From IMG/VR virus record IMGVR_UViG_3300038552_000146, positions 1-60,124 of that record: DNA of 60,124 bases; one strand, written 5' to 3'. This DNA comes from a virus. Taxonomy: Duplodnaviria > Caudoviricetes. Made by a program: the position numbers and the translations under genes. Under the pieces are notes generated by a model. It made no database searches and was not told the origin of the DNA. It worked only from the letters and a program-made list of their open reading frames with translations. Shown piece by piece: positions 37,485 to 46,630 of the stretch. Within the stretch, counting starts at the first letter, position 1, and every line of letters begins with the position of its first letter.

Positions 37485-37581
37485 TCTAGTAGAGGTTGAG
37501 ACTTTTACCGGTAAAGAAGGCGCGGTCCGCCTGGTGTCCGGGACATCTGTCCCTTGACCTCAGGCGGACCGCGCCATCGAG

Positions 37582-37689
37582 TTACCTCAGCGCGCATCCC
37601 AACGCGCACGCCAGCACCGGCAGGACGACCACCAGCCAGAGCAGGCAGCAGGCCACGACGACCGGCGCCCATCTACGGTCCCGCCTCAT
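37582..37689 (-). CDS. 35-aa membrane peptide
   Basis: Read manually: MRRDRRWAPVVVACCLLWLVVVLPVLACALGCALR; ATGA overlap with HNH gene. Confidence 0.5.
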   Translation of the reverse strand: MRRDRRWAPVVVACCLLWLVVVLPVLACALGCALR

Positions 37690-38183
37690 GATCCCTTCCT
37701 CCTCTTGGTAGCGCCGGTGGAGCTATTACACCTGGCGCACGCAGGTCTTATATTCGACCGTCGATATGTGCCGCCCTGGCACCCGGGAATGATCCGGTCC
37801 ACGGTGACCGTGTCGACCGTCAGGAGCTTGCCGCACCGGTAGCACCGACACGCTGGTTGTCCCCGTCCGGCCACGGTGTCCAGATGGATCTCCGTTCCGT
37901 TGCCGAGCCGGACCACCAGCACATCTAGGTCGGCTCGGAACGTATCCACCAGCCACGCCCGGCGGCGTTCGCGGTCCGCGCTGCTCCCCCGGGTGTTGCC
38001 GTTGGTCGTACCGCGCCGAGCGAGCGAACGTTTTGCCAGCTCAGGGGACGTGACCTCAGTCCCCTCGGTAAGGGGGAGGGTCAGAGCCCGCTCGTTACTG
38101 TCGCCGGTTATGATCGGTGGAGCGCCCATGATTTCGTTCACCTTGCGCTGGAGCGCGCTCGGGTCTGGGAAGCCCATCATCAC
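37686..38183 (-). CDS. HNH endonuclease-like protein
   Basis: CYRCG...VDRIIPG..GG....NIRPACARCN. Confidence 0.8.
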   Translation of the reverse strand: MMMGFPDPSALQRKVNEIMGAPPIITGDSNERALTLPLTEGTEVTSPELAKRSLARRGTTNGNTRGSSADRERRRAWLVDTFRADLDVLVVRLGNGTEIHLDTVAGRGQPACRCYRCGKLLTVDTVTVDRIIPGCQGGTYRRSNIRPACARCNSSTGATKRRKGS

Positions 38184-38413
38184 TGACTCTCCAGGAAGCG
38201 CGGTGTGTTCTTGGCGGTCTTGCGGCCCTTACCTCGCGGCATGTTCTTGGTCCGTCCGGCGTGCCAAGAGCCACACTGGTTACAGAAGTAGGTGTTCGAT
38301 CGGGAAGGCTGCCAGATTCCGATCCGGATCAGCTTCCTGCGGTGTTCCTCGGCGTCGCCCTGAGTGGGGTGCCGTTTCTTCCGGCCGCACTTAGCCAGGT
38401 ACCCGGCGCTCAT
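38180..38413 (-). CDS. Small basic zinc-finger protein
   Basis: CGRKKRH...YFCNQCGSWH. Confidence 0.7.
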   Translation of the reverse strand: MSAGYLAKCGRKKRHPTQGDAEEHRRKLIRIGIWQPSRSNTYFCNQCGSWHAGRTKNMPRGKGRKTAKNTPRFLESQ

Positions 38414-38514
38414 CCCCAGATCACTCCCCACACGATCACGATCGCGTCCAGAACCACCAGAACGGCGATCACCGGCCAGGTCGCGCGTAGCGCGTCGATC
38501 AGGCGCCTCATCAT
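38410..38514 (-). CDS. 34-aa membrane peptide
   Basis: Read manually: MMRRLIDALRATWPVIAVLVVLDAIVIVWGVIWG; GAGGA RBS; ATGA overlap. Confidence 0.55.
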   Translation of the reverse strand: MMRRLIDALRATWPVIAVLVVLDAIVIVWGVIWG

Positions 38515-38579
38515 CTGTTCCCGTCCTCTCTCCTCATGCGAGGACCTCCGGAGCATCGCCCCGGAGGTCCTCACCGTGA

Positions 38580-38768
38580 TCAGATCTCGTTGTCCTGAAC
38601 GATCATCCAGAAGGTGTCGTGGTCCACGTCGTTGAAGTCGTACCGGGTCTTGGCCACCTCATTGAGCTGATCCACGATGGTGTCCACGTCGTACTCAGAT
38701 GCGTCAGTGACGCCGGAGTTCTCGATGCAGTGGGTGACGAACTGCTCCGCGTCGGTCCTGGTGTTCAT
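38580..38768 (-). CDS. Small acidic accessory protein
   Basis: AGGAGG RBS; EYDVDTIVD...FWMIV; own promoter. Confidence 0.75.
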   Translation of the reverse strand: MNTRTDAEQFVTHCIENSGVTDASEYDVDTIVDQLNEVAKTRYDFNDVDHDTFWMIVQDNEI

Positions 38769-38814
38769 CCCGGTCCTCCTTCTTGGTCGGGGGCCGCTCC
38801 CCCTCACAAGGAAT

Positions 38815-38843
38815 ACATTACCGTCATGACTTCAAAGTGTCAA
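38815..38843 (-). promoter_or_regulatory. Repeated phage promoter
   Basis: TTGACA-ctttgaagtcatgacgg-TAATGT. Confidence 0.85.
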
Positions 38844-39520
38844 CCTTGAGGCGTGATTATCTGGGTGTCCTCCTCACCCTGGTCCCGGGGAGGCAAGGGG
38901 ACCCCCACCCGGCCCGTGCCGGAGGGCCGGACCGCCCTCCAGGGCCGCTCGGGATCGGCCACATACCCCAGAGGTCCCAACCAGGTCTCCGGCAGTTGGT
39001 CCGCCGCGCGGGTCACCGTCTCCTGGGGGGCCACCCATCCTTGACGCTGGTGGTCGTACACCCACCCCCGACTTTCCGTGGGCGCGTACCCGTTCGGGTC
39101 CAGCTCCTCATCCAGGTACCTGGTCACAGACTCGTCTACGGCCCGCCCAACCGGGTCGTACTCCGGCGGGTACATCGGTGGCACGACCGGCGGGTGGTCG
39201 GCGTATCGGTCCGATCCCGATGCACCCGCCAGGCCTCGACGCTCCGCCTCCTGGAGGTCAGCGAGACGGCGTAGCGCCTCATCCACCTCCCGCTCAGCGA
39301 GATCGAGCCAGACGCGCTCCACCGTTCTGTTCGCCGTGAACTGCATGGTGAACCCGATCAGCACCATGCCCATCAGACCGCCCACCAGTTCACGGACGGT
39401 CATCCCGGGCCCACCGATCACGTAGAGCGTGCCCAACATGCTGCCCGCCATCATCAGCACTCCGGCCACGATCGAGCCTTTCGTGGGTCCCTCCTGTGTA
39501 CGCTGGATGTGTCGGCTCAC
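38840..39520 (-). CDS. Membrane protein (2 TM plus Pro-rich tail)
   Basis: Two hydrophobic helices; GGAGG RBS. Confidence 0.7.
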   Translation of the reverse strand: MSRHIQRTQEGPTKGSIVAGVLMMAGSMLGTLYVIGGPGMTVRELVGGLMGMVLIGFTMQFTANRTVERVWLDLAEREVDEALRRLADLQEAERRGLAGASGSDRYADHPPVVPPMYPPEYDPVGRAVDESVTRYLDEELDPNGYAPTESRGWVYDHQRQGWVAPQETVTRAADQLPETWLGPLGYVADPERPWRAVRPSGTGRVGVPLPPRDQGEEDTQIITPQG

Positions 39521-39587
39521 GCCGCACCCTCCCTTCCTGTTCGGTCGCGGTCCGGTCTCGACAGGAGACCGGACCGTTGATCGTTGG

Positions 39588-39809
39588 TCACAGCGAGAAC
39601 AACTCGTTCATCCGCCGGTCCGACTCACACTGGCGTGCGATCGTGCCGGCACGGGTCAGCCCGCCACCGTCCCCGATCAGTCCGGCGGTCCTCAGCTCGC
39701 CCCAGACTCCGCCCGTCGCCGGGACTACCGCGCCCTGACGGTTGGTGCCGGTGTCGATCAGCGCGCGCAGCGCGGCGTGACTCAGTTCGGTGATTATGGT
39801 GTTGCCCAT
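39588..39809 (-). CDS. Hypothetical accessory protein
   Basis: GGAGG RBS before MGNTIITEL; own promoter. Confidence 0.7.
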   Translation of the reverse strand: MGNTIITELSHAALRALIDTGTNRQGAVVPATGGVWGELRTAGLIGDGGGLTRAGTIARQCESDRRMNELFSL

Positions 39810-39844
39810 CGTTGACCCTCCCCGGATCGGTGTCTCCGGGTTGT

Positions 39845-39874
39845 ACGTTACCGGCATGACTGCTAGGTTTGCAA
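39845..39874 (-). promoter_or_regulatory. Repeated phage promoter (variant)
   Basis: TTGCAA-acctagcagtcatgccgg-TAACGT. Confidence 0.65.
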
Positions 39875-39912
39875 TAGCCCCGGCGGACAGATCGGGGAGG
39901 ACGGGAGAAGAC

Positions 39913-40251
39913 ATGCGAGCATTGGTCAGGCGTGACACGACCGAGCGGATCATCACGCTGGACTTGTCTGGTACGCCGGATGTGGACGTCGCGGAGAACT
40001 GGCACCGTCAGACCCGGCTGATCCGGCCGAACTCCGTGACCATCCGCTTGAGAGACGCGGAGGTCTATGAGGTCACGGCCATCGGCCCGATCACGCGCAA
40101 GGACGGCAGCCCCGGCGACCGGTACGGGAGCATGTCCTGGCGCGCCGGACGCCGTGAACAACGCACACTGGATGGCGCGCCGGACTGGATCCACACGCTG
40201 GTTCGTTACGCCCTCACGGGCGCCACGAACTGGGACCAGCCCGCAGATTGA
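39913..40251 (+). CDS. Hypothetical protein
   Basis: GGAG RBS; stop lies inside the next TTGACA. Confidence 0.7.
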   Translation: MRALVRRDTTERIITLDLSGTPDVDVAENWHRQTRLIRPNSVTIRLRDAEVYEVTAIGPITRKDGSPGDRYGSMSWRAGRREQRTLDGAPDWIHTLVRYALTGATNWDQPAD

Positions 40252-40276
40252 CACCTAACAGTCGGTGCTGTAAAGT
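40248..40276 (+). promoter_or_regulatory. Repeated phage promoter
   Basis: TTGACA-cctaacagtcggtgctg-TAAAGT. Confidence 0.8.
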
Positions 40277-40318
40277 AATGGACGTCCGGGGGAGGTACCT
40301 CCAGCGGAAGGGATCGCG

Positions 40319-40477
40319 ATGAGCAAGAGGACCAAGCACTACGGCCGCCAGACCGGCGGTTCATCGGACAAGGGCCTCAGCCCCCAGCACCCGTACACCG
40401 GGGACGGCAGGACCACGCGCCAGCCCCACGACCGGGTGGAGCTGGACCGGCCTGCCCCGGACCCGAATCAGTCCTGA
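40319..40477 (+). CDS. 52-aa hydrophilic peptide
   Basis: Read manually (MSKRTKHYGRQTGG...); GAAGGGA RBS; between promoter and terminator. Confidence 0.6.
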   Translation: MSKRTKHYGRQTGGSSDKGLSPQHPYTGDGRTTRQPHDRVELDRPAPDPNQS

Positions 40478-40485
40478 CGCGCGAC

Positions 40486-40528
40486 AACCGAGGCCCCCGT
40501 CCGGATCGATCCGGCGGGGGCCTCGGTT
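40486..40528. terminator. Bidirectional terminator-like hairpin
   Basis: aaccgaggcccccg / cgggggcctcggtt between convergent genes. Confidence 0.65.
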
Positions 40529-40549
40529 GGTCAGTGCGATCCGTTCAGC

Positions 40550-40918
40550 CTACCTGACGGTCTTGTTCCCATCCACGGTCAGGTGCGGCCTGGGGCTGGC
40601 CACCGGGGTCACCTGGGGCCGTACGCCGAACAGCGCGAACACGGCCAGGATGACCGCCCCGAGCCCCGTCACGGACGCGTCGGACCAGTGCATTCCGTAC
40701 TCGGCGAACATCGCGGCCAGCGCGCCCACGGCCGCCACGAACAGACCCGGCGCGACCGGCCGCGTGGCGACCGCGATCACCACCCCAGTGACCGCGCCAG
40801 TGATCGCCACGGCCTGACCGGCGCTCAGGAAATCGAGGTTGAACCCGGCGAGCCAGGTCAGAAGCGCGCCGATCAGCGCAAGCCAGAGCGCCGGTTCACG
40901 GCCGAAGATTTTGATCAT
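40550..40918 (-). CDS. Holin
   Basis: IFGREPA N-terminus, ~4 TM segments, RPQVTPV C-terminus; coupled to endolysin. Confidence 0.75.
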   Translation of the reverse strand: MIKIFGREPALWLALIGALLTWLAGFNLDFLSAGQAVAITGAVTGVVIAVATRPVAPGLFVAAVGALAAMFAEYGMHWSDASVTGLGAVILAVFALFGVRPQVTPVASPRPHLTVDGNKTVR

Positions 40919-41709
40919 CCGGTCCCCTCCTCCTGGGTCGTCACGCGCAGCGTGCCGCCCTCAATGGTGAACGTGCCGGTGAGCGCGCCCTCCGGGGCCC
41001 ACCGGCGCACCCACAGAACGGAGATGAAGATCGCCTGGGCCGCCCCGTAGGTCTTCCCGTCCACGGTCGAACCGTTGAAAGACTTGATCGCGGCTGTCAG
41101 GGCCTTAGCGGTGGTGTCCCCGTACTTCCCGTCCGCCCCGGCCGCGCCGAGGTTGAACCCGAGGTTGTGGAGCTGGTACTGAAGAAGCCGGACGGCCTCC
41201 CCGCGATCTCCGTACTTGCAGAACATCTGCCCTCCAGTGGCGCTTGCACCTCTGACCGTGGCCAGGCCCAGCGATCCGGTCCAGTTGTCCCCGACCTGGC
41301 TCCAGGCCCCAGAGAAGTGGGCGTGCTTGTCATGATCGTTGGCGCCGGTGTAGACCCTGGTCCTCCACCCATCCGAGCGGGACCATATCCGGCGCTTGTA
41401 GATGATGTACTCGAACGGGATGTAGTACCCAGCCCTGGCCCTGCGAATCAGGTACTGGACGACCAGTTCCATCCAGTCCGTGCCCGAGCCCCTGACCAGA
41501 TCACGGTCCACGTCGATGGCGCGGACCTCATCCAGCGAGTCCCCATCCCTGTGCTCGGAGCGGCCGGTGAGGTCTGGGTTGTGGCCGGAGATGGTCAGCT
41601 CGTGCGGCCGGTCGCCCTTGGACCCGTCGCTGGCCTTGTCCCGCCCGGGAAACACCTCATTGAACTCGCCGCGTACGACGGTCAGGCCTCGGGTCAGCAC
41701 CCATGCCAT
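40915..41709 (-). CDS. Endolysin (Zn-peptidase-like domain plus peptidoglycan-binding domain)
   Basis: SGHNPD, VRAIDVD, HDKHAHFS; GDRGEAVRLLQYQLHNLGF...ADGKYGDTT. Confidence 0.8.
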   Translation of the reverse strand: MAWVLTRGLTVVRGEFNEVFPGRDKASDGSKGDRPHELTISGHNPDLTGRSEHRDGDSLDEVRAIDVDRDLVRGSGTDWMELVVQYLIRRARAGYYIPFEYIIYKRRIWSRSDGWRTRVYTGANDHDKHAHFSGAWSQVGDNWTGSLGLATVRGASATGGQMFCKYGDRGEAVRLLQYQLHNLGFNLGAAGADGKYGDTTAKALTAAIKSFNGSTVDGKTYGAAQAIFISVLWVRRWAPEGALTGTFTIEGGTLRVTTQEEGTG

Positions 41710-41879
41710 CAGTCGTCGTCCATGTTCAGGTGGGCGGTCACCCAGTCATCCTGCTCTGGGTCGTCCCACGGGTCTTCGATCACGGAGCCGACGTGATTCA
41801 AGGGATGCTCGTCCGGATCGTTCGCGTGCGCGTCGGTACCGTACGTGATCCGCTCGTCCACGGTCAGTTCGTTGTCCAT
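41709..41879 (-). CDS. Small acidic protein
   Basis: GGAGG RBS; coupled to endolysin start. Confidence 0.6.
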   Translation of the reverse strand: MDNELTVDERITYGTDAHANDPDEHPLNHVGSVIEDPWDDPEQDDWVTAHLNMDDD

Positions 41880-41930
41880 GCTCCCCTCCTCTTCCTCCGT
41901 CACTTTACAGTAGCACCTTCAGCGCTCAGC

Positions 41931-42128
41931 TCACCTCTGGCGCGACCGGCGGGTTCTCGCCGCGCGCCGGGCCATCCGGGAACGCTGAGCGCGGGTCACA
42001 CCGGCGTTACTGATCTGGGCCGACCGTTTCTTGCTCAGCCCTTTACGCCGAAGGGCCTTGTACGCACGATGCCTCGATCTCGCGACATATCCCTTGCGTC
42101 CACCTGCGCTGCTAACCGTTGGACCCAC
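41931..42128 (-). CDS. Small highly basic protein
   Basis: YKALRRKGLSKKRSAQISNA motif. Confidence 0.6.
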   Translation of the reverse strand: MGPTVSSAGGRKGYVARSRHRAYKALRRKGLSKKRSAQISNAGVTRAQRSRMARRAARTRRSRQR

Positions 42129-42245
42129 CCCCTCTAAGCGGCGTGGTGAGTGCCCTCTCCACGCTCCTCACTTCCAGTGTCTACCGGGGTCGGGGCGCCG
42201 AGAAGCCCCGGCACATGAGCACCGGGGCTTCTCGGATCGGCCGGA

Positions 42246-42422
42246 TCAGGCGAGTGCGGTACGAAGGATCTGGCGGGCCTCGCGGCGGAACCGGCGGTTG
42301 ATGGCGCGCTTGACGTGCCTGACCTCTCCCCGCTTCCAGACCAGCTCACGCCGGTGCTCGATCGCGTCGATCTCCAGGCCGCTCTTGGTAGTGGGCCGGA
42401 TCGGCATAGTCTCGATCATCAT
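42246..42422 (-). CDS. Small basic accessory protein
   Basis: Between promoter 42486-42514 and a hairpin near 42198-42234. Confidence 0.65.
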   Translation of the reverse strand: MMIETMPIRPTTKSGLEIDAIEHRRELVWKRGEVRHVKRAINRRFRREARQILRTALA

Positions 42423-42485
42423 GGCTGATGGGCCTCTCTGTGTAGTTTTCAACCTCTACGGGGGCTTCGCCCCCTCACGAGAACT

Positions 42486-42514
42486 ACCTTACCGCCATGA
42501 CTGTGAAGTGTCAA
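42486..42514 (-). promoter_or_regulatory. Repeated phage promoter
   Basis: TTGACA-cttcacagtcatggcgg-TAAGGT. Confidence 0.85.
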
Positions 42515-42569
42515 CATGAAAGCGGCCCCCGGGGGAGGGAAGAACCTCCGGGGGCCGCTTTCAAGATGA

Positions 42570-43022
42570 TCAGTACTCGGCCGGGTCTACCACGAACTTC
42601 CGCCCGTCCCAGATCTTGCGACTTAGATCCAGCGCGTCCACCATGGCCTCGGCGTGTACCTCCGGCGCGCACAGGTGATGTGTCGCGGCGGTCTTCACTG
42701 TGTCGGTCTTGGCCACAGTCGCTATCAGTTCAGCCCGGGTCTGCTGGCTCGCACCGATCATCTTCATGAACCAGTCGGCGGCCGGGGCGACGCCGGTCCC
42801 ACCGGCACCGCGCGGCCCGGTGAACCTCTCGCCCACGGCCGCTACCATCGCGTACTCCAGGCTCGCGTACAACTCGCCCAGCTTGGGCGATCCCTTGAGG
42901 GTCTCGGCGTTGCCCACAGCGAACCCGTACAGCGGCCGGTCGGTCAGCTCCCCGGTGAACCCGTGGTTCGTCACTTCGTAGAACGTCCACTGACCTACGG
43001 TGCCCATCATGTCGTAACGCAT
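42570..43022 (-). CDS. Hypothetical accessory protein
   Basis: ORF with own promoter and downstream hairpin 42518-42562. Confidence 0.7.
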   Translation of the reverse strand: MRYDMMGTVGQWTFYEVTNHGFTGELTDRPLYGFAVGNAETLKGSPKLGELYASLEYAMVAAVGERFTGPRGAGGTGVAPAADWFMKMIGASQQTRAELIATVAKTDTVKTAATHHLCAPEVHAEAMVDALDLSRKIWDGRKFVVDPAEY

Positions 43023-43067
43023 CGTCCATGCTCCCTTCAGCGCCGGATAGCGCGATCTCCGCCTGTT

Positions 43068-43096
43068 ACCTCACTGTCATTACTGTGAAGTATCAA
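43068..43096 (-). promoter_or_regulatory. Repeated phage promoter (variant)
   Basis: TTGATA-cttcacagtaatgacag-TGAGGT. Confidence 0.6.
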
Positions 43097-43117
43097 GCGC
43101 CCTCGGAAGAGGTTTGG

Positions 43118-43564
43118 TCAGGGGGTGTCGTTCGGGTCCAGCTTGGCCAGATGATCCGCCAGCTCGATCTCCCGGCCGCGCCACGGAGAGCCTGAGCGGA
43201 AATCGATCCCGTGATCCTGGAACACGGCCATCGCCCAGTCCTGGGTCTCATCCCATGCGTGCTGATCGAGCGTAGCGAAACTGGCATTTGAGCCGCTGTA
43301 CTGGGTGCCCTCATCCTGACGGTCCATCCTCATCCGCCACCCACGCGGCGTACGCCCGTCAGACTCCTGGCTTTCCAGGTCCGCCCAGACCCGGCCCACC
43401 CTGGTCACCACGGCCGGGATGTACCGCTGTTCGGCCGGGCGTCTGATCATGTCGTTCTGGCTCCGGCGTACCATCACGGGCTGGCCAGGCTCCAGCTTGC
43501 CCATCTCCGGCCGCTTGCGGGTGACCCGGGGGTACACCGTGTGTCGATCTGTCTCAGCAGTCAT
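43118..43564 (-). CDS. Leaderless SH3/beta-barrel-like protein
   Basis: GQPVMV...AVVTRVGRVWADL; ATG 7 nt after -10. Confidence 0.7.
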   Translation of the reverse strand: MTAETDRHTVYPRVTRKRPEMGKLEPGQPVMVRRSQNDMIRRPAEQRYIPAVVTRVGRVWADLESQESDGRTPRGWRMRMDRQDEGTQYSGSNASFATLDQHAWDETQDWAMAVFQDHGIDFRSGSPWRGREIELADHLAKLDPNDTP

Positions 43565-43571
43565 GAGAATA

Positions 43572-43600
43572 ACGTTACCGTCATTACTGCAAGGTGTCAA
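43572..43600 (-). promoter_or_regulatory. Repeated phage promoter
   Basis: TTGACA-ccttgcagtaatgacgg-TAACGT. Confidence 0.85.
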
Positions 43601-43616
43601 CCCTGACGCTGGAATG

Positions 43617-45095
43617 TCAGCGGCCACCGAACGGAGACAAGCCGGTTGCGGGCATCACGCCCACCGGTTGCGCGAATGTCCCGGTGCCCTGCATTCGGTC
43701 AGCCCACATCGCCATGGCCACGGCGTCCCCCCGGTCCGGTGAGCGGCCCAAACGCTCCATGACCTTCTCTTTGGGCTCCACCTGGATCTTAGGTGGGATG
43801 CCGGTAGCGATGGTCCACGTGGGTGTGGTCAGATCCGAGATCATCAGGTCATCCGGGGGGAGCATGAGCACCGGCTCATACGCCGGGTCCAGCAGTTCAC
43901 GGAGATGGTAGTACGCCGCGCTCCGGGTGTTGGTGAACCCGTACTTGCGTGACCGGTCGCGGACCGGGGTCTTGCCCGAGCCCACATACGCCACGGCCTT
44001 GAGGCCTACCTCCCTGCCCCGGTCGTACACTCCGGCACCCACACCGATCACATCAACGATCGGTCGGCCCTCCAGGCCCTGGAGCATCGCCACCGTGGCC
44101 ATCGTGTCGCGCTTGCGATGGCCTTCCAGCCGCAGCGCCGGGCCGTCCCGGTGCGCCAGGACCGTCTCATCACCTCCCCGGCCCACATCCACGCCGGTCC
44201 AGAGCGGACCCCCGCAAGGGGGTCGACCGGCGCGGTCCCAGACGTACCAGCGTTCGATCGCCGCTTCCAGCCACGCCAGCGGGATCACGCTGTCCTCATC
44301 AGAAGCGTGGAACTCGCCCAGCACGCGGTTGTGGTATACTGCGCTGTCCTCCCCCCATTGCTGGCGCCGCTGTTCGGCCCACTCACGCGAGATCCGCCCG
44401 CCGGCCATCGCCTCTTCCAGCGTGACGTGACGAACCCACCAGTCCTCATACCCGGGCGCACGCCGGTGGATGTCGTAGAACCGGCCTGCAGGCGCCCCTG
44501 GGGTACTCATGGCAAAGGCATAAGCGTTCTGTACGGTATCCGACCCGGCGCCGGAGAACGCGCCCTCGATCGAGTCCCAGGTGGCGGGCGGGACGATCTT
44601 GGCTTCATCCAGGAGATACAACAACTCGTCCGCGTGGGCGCCCTCGATCCGCTCGGGTTCGTTGCTGGCTACTGCCGTGGCGGCCCCGTGGTACAGCTTC
44701 AGTCTCAGGTCCAGCAGTTCGCGCCGGGGGTCATACGGTGAGCGGCCCAGCGTGGCGAAGTCAATCCGGTCAGCCCACTTGTGGATCTCCGGCCAGAGGT
44801 AGACCTCCAGGTGACGCCACGCGCTGGCGGTGGTAATGATCTTCCAGTCCAACCCCGCCAGGTCCCGCGTGGTGGCGAACCAGTTGACCAACAAACTTCC
44901 TAGGAAACTCTTGCCCAATCCGTGTGGACCGCGTAACGCTACGCGATGACGTTCGGGGAGGGCATCCAGAACTTCCGACTGGTAATCGGCCAACCGCACG
45001 CTGGGTAGGCAGTCGTGGGTCCAAGCCACCGGCGAATGCATCCACCGGGCGATCCGGGTCCGACCAAGCACCTTGGACGCGAGATCAACGATCAC
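43617..45095 (-). CDS. terL: Terminase large subunit
   Basis: GPHGLGKS Walker A, YLLDEA Walker B, STP coupling motif, GVDVGRGGDET and SPDRGDA nuclease motifs. Confidence 0.93.
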   Translation of the reverse strand: MIVDLASKVLGRTRIARWMHSPVAWTHDCLPSVRLADYQSEVLDALPERHRVALRGPHGLGKSFLGSLLVNWFATTRDLAGLDWKIITTASAWRHLEVYLWPEIHKWADRIDFATLGRSPYDPRRELLDLRLKLYHGAATAVASNEPERIEGAHADELLYLLDEAKIVPPATWDSIEGAFSGAGSDTVQNAYAFAMSTPGAPAGRFYDIHRRAPGYEDWWVRHVTLEEAMAGGRISREWAEQRRQQWGEDSAVYHNRVLGEFHASDEDSVIPLAWLEAAIERWYVWDRAGRPPCGGPLWTGVDVGRGGDETVLAHRDGPALRLEGHRKRDTMATVAMLQGLEGRPIVDVIGVGAGVYDRGREVGLKAVAYVGSGKTPVRDRSRKYGFTNTRSAAYYHLRELLDPAYEPVLMLPPDDLMISDLTTPTWTIATGIPPKIQVEPKEKVMERLGRSPDRGDAVAMAMWADRMQGTGTFAQPVGVMPATGLSPFGGR

Positions 45096-45219
45096 GGCTC
45101 ATCCTGACCGACCTGGCCAGATCTTGGACAGCTTCCGCCAACAGGGTCAGAGACCTGGCCAGTCGGTTGACAGCCTCGGCTATCCCACCAGTGTCGGTCG
45201 GGCGGCTCCGGATCCTCAT
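45085..45219 (-). CDS. 44-aa helical peptide
   Basis: MRIRSRPT...; ATGA overlap upstream and overlaps terL start. Confidence 0.45.
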   Translation of the reverse strand: MRIRSRPTDTGGIAEAVNRLARSLTLLAEAVQDLARSVRMSRDR

Positions 45220-45977
45220 GCCCGACCCGGCCGATGGCCCTTGCCGTCCCCGTCTCCGGCCAGGCTCTCCATATCGACGGCCCCGAGGTGGGTTTGGATC
45301 AGCTCCGGGACCCGGGCCTCCTGGGCGGGGGTCAGCTCCAGCCCAGCCAGGATGAGTGTGATCCGCCCGGCTACGATGTCCCCCCACCGTTCGGCCAGAT
45401 TGGTCAGTCGCTCGCTGATACCCATGTCGTGGGCGGTCTTGGCGTATTTGACCACACGGTCCCGCTCCTGGGATTCCAGCGCCACCAGGGCGCGGATCTC
45501 TTCGCTGACCGCGTAGATGTGCCCATCCTTACCGGCCGCACCGTACCGGTGACCGATCAGGCCCGACGACTCAGACACGGCCTCGGGGTCGAAACCCTCG
45601 TGGTCCGGCTCCGGCGGAGCCTCGGTAACCACTTGTTGCCGTAGCAACTCCCCGTACGCGGCGGCCCGGAGCCAACTCATTTGAAGCATCCCGAGCACGG
45701 CCATGCCGGGCTCCAGTTGCTGGCCCCCGGCCGGCCGTCCTATAGCTGTCCATGCCGTGATTCGGGCCTCCCCCTTGGCCCGCAACACATCCAGTCGGGC
45801 TCCGCCATGGGTCTTGCACGTGTTGGTTCCCCGGACGGCCGCCGCGTGACACTGACCTCCACCCTGACGCGCACTGCGGCGCTTGGTGCATTCCAGCTTG
45901 CCCCCGTGCTCAGCGCACACGCGCGCTCCACCGGGATTGTTCGCGGCGTCCAGACGTGGAGGTTTCCAGCGGCTCAT
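45216..45977 (-). CDS. Terminase small subunit-like protein
   Basis: CKTHGG (HGGxSTG-like) motif; position upstream of terL. Confidence 0.65.
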   Translation of the reverse strand: MSRWKPPRLDAANNPGGARVCAEHGGKLECTKRRSARQGGGQCHAAAVRGTNTCKTHGGARLDVLRAKGEARITAWTAIGRPAGGQQLEPGMAVLGMLQMSWLRAAAYGELLRQQVVTEAPPEPDHEGFDPEAVSESSGLIGHRYGAAGKDGHIYAVSEEIRALVALESQERDRVVKYAKTAHDMGISERLTNLAERWGDIVAGRITLILAGLELTPAQEARVPELIQTHLGAVDMESLAGDGDGKGHRPGRA

Positions 45978-46145
45978 ACTGTCATCATATCCCGGAGTAC
46001 GAGGGCACCTCGACCTGACCGCTATCACGGTGAAGTGTCCGGGCCAAGATGCGCCGAGACCCGGCTAGGGGATGGGGAGGCCAACCTAGCCGGGTCTCGG
46101 ACCGGCGGACGCTCGTGCCCATGCGAGCGTCCGCGTCTCAGTTGG

Positions 46146-46343
46146 TCATACGACCATGATCAGCGTCGCGATAACTGCGCTGGACGCCCCTGTTACCGTA
46201 GCGATCGCACCGAATACGAGCACCGCACATCCACCGTCATTGCGAACCTGACGACGCATCTTTCTGCTCGTATACTTCGGCGCGAACGGTCCGGGTCCGG
46301 TACGGCCTTCCCGCTTCCACTTGGGTGTCCCCCACTCGGGCAT
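46146..46343 (-). CDS. Basic protein with C-terminal TM helix
   Basis: DGGC then hydrophobic tail; GGAGG RBS. Confidence 0.6.
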   Translation of the reverse strand: MPEWGTPKWKREGRTGPGPFAPKYTSRKMRRQVRNDGGCAVLVFGAIATVTGASSAVIATLIMVV

Positions 46344-46549
46344 CAGATCGCCCTCCCCACGATTGCGACAATTGCCATGCAGACCGTCAGTACTGGAGCG
46401 GCCACCCACACCAGGCACCCGTCAGAATGACGCCCCTTGGGAGCACGGCTGACACTGCCCCTGGATAGCTGCCTGGCCGTTCGACGCGCGGCCTTGCGCG
46501 TCGGATACTTCACGCTTCTACTACCAGGCTGGTTAACCCACCACCCCAT
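46343..46549 (-). CDS. Basic protein with C-terminal TM helix
   Basis: SDGC then hydrophobic tail; same layout as its neighbour. Confidence 0.6.
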   Translation of the reverse strand: MGWWVNQPGSRSVKYPTRKAARRTARQLSRGSVSRAPKGRHSDGCLVWVAAPVLTVCMAIVAIVGRAI

Positions 46550-46577
46550 GCTGTTATCCCCTCTCTTACCCCCGATC

Positions 46578-46606
46578 ACTTTACCGTGATCGCTGCGAGG
46601 TATCAA
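46578..46606 (-). promoter_or_regulatory. Repeated phage promoter (variant)
   Basis: TTGATA-cctcgcagcgatcacgg-TAAAGT. Confidence 0.65.
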
Positions 46607-46630
46607 CCTCGGGGAGGCGGCAAGCTTCCG

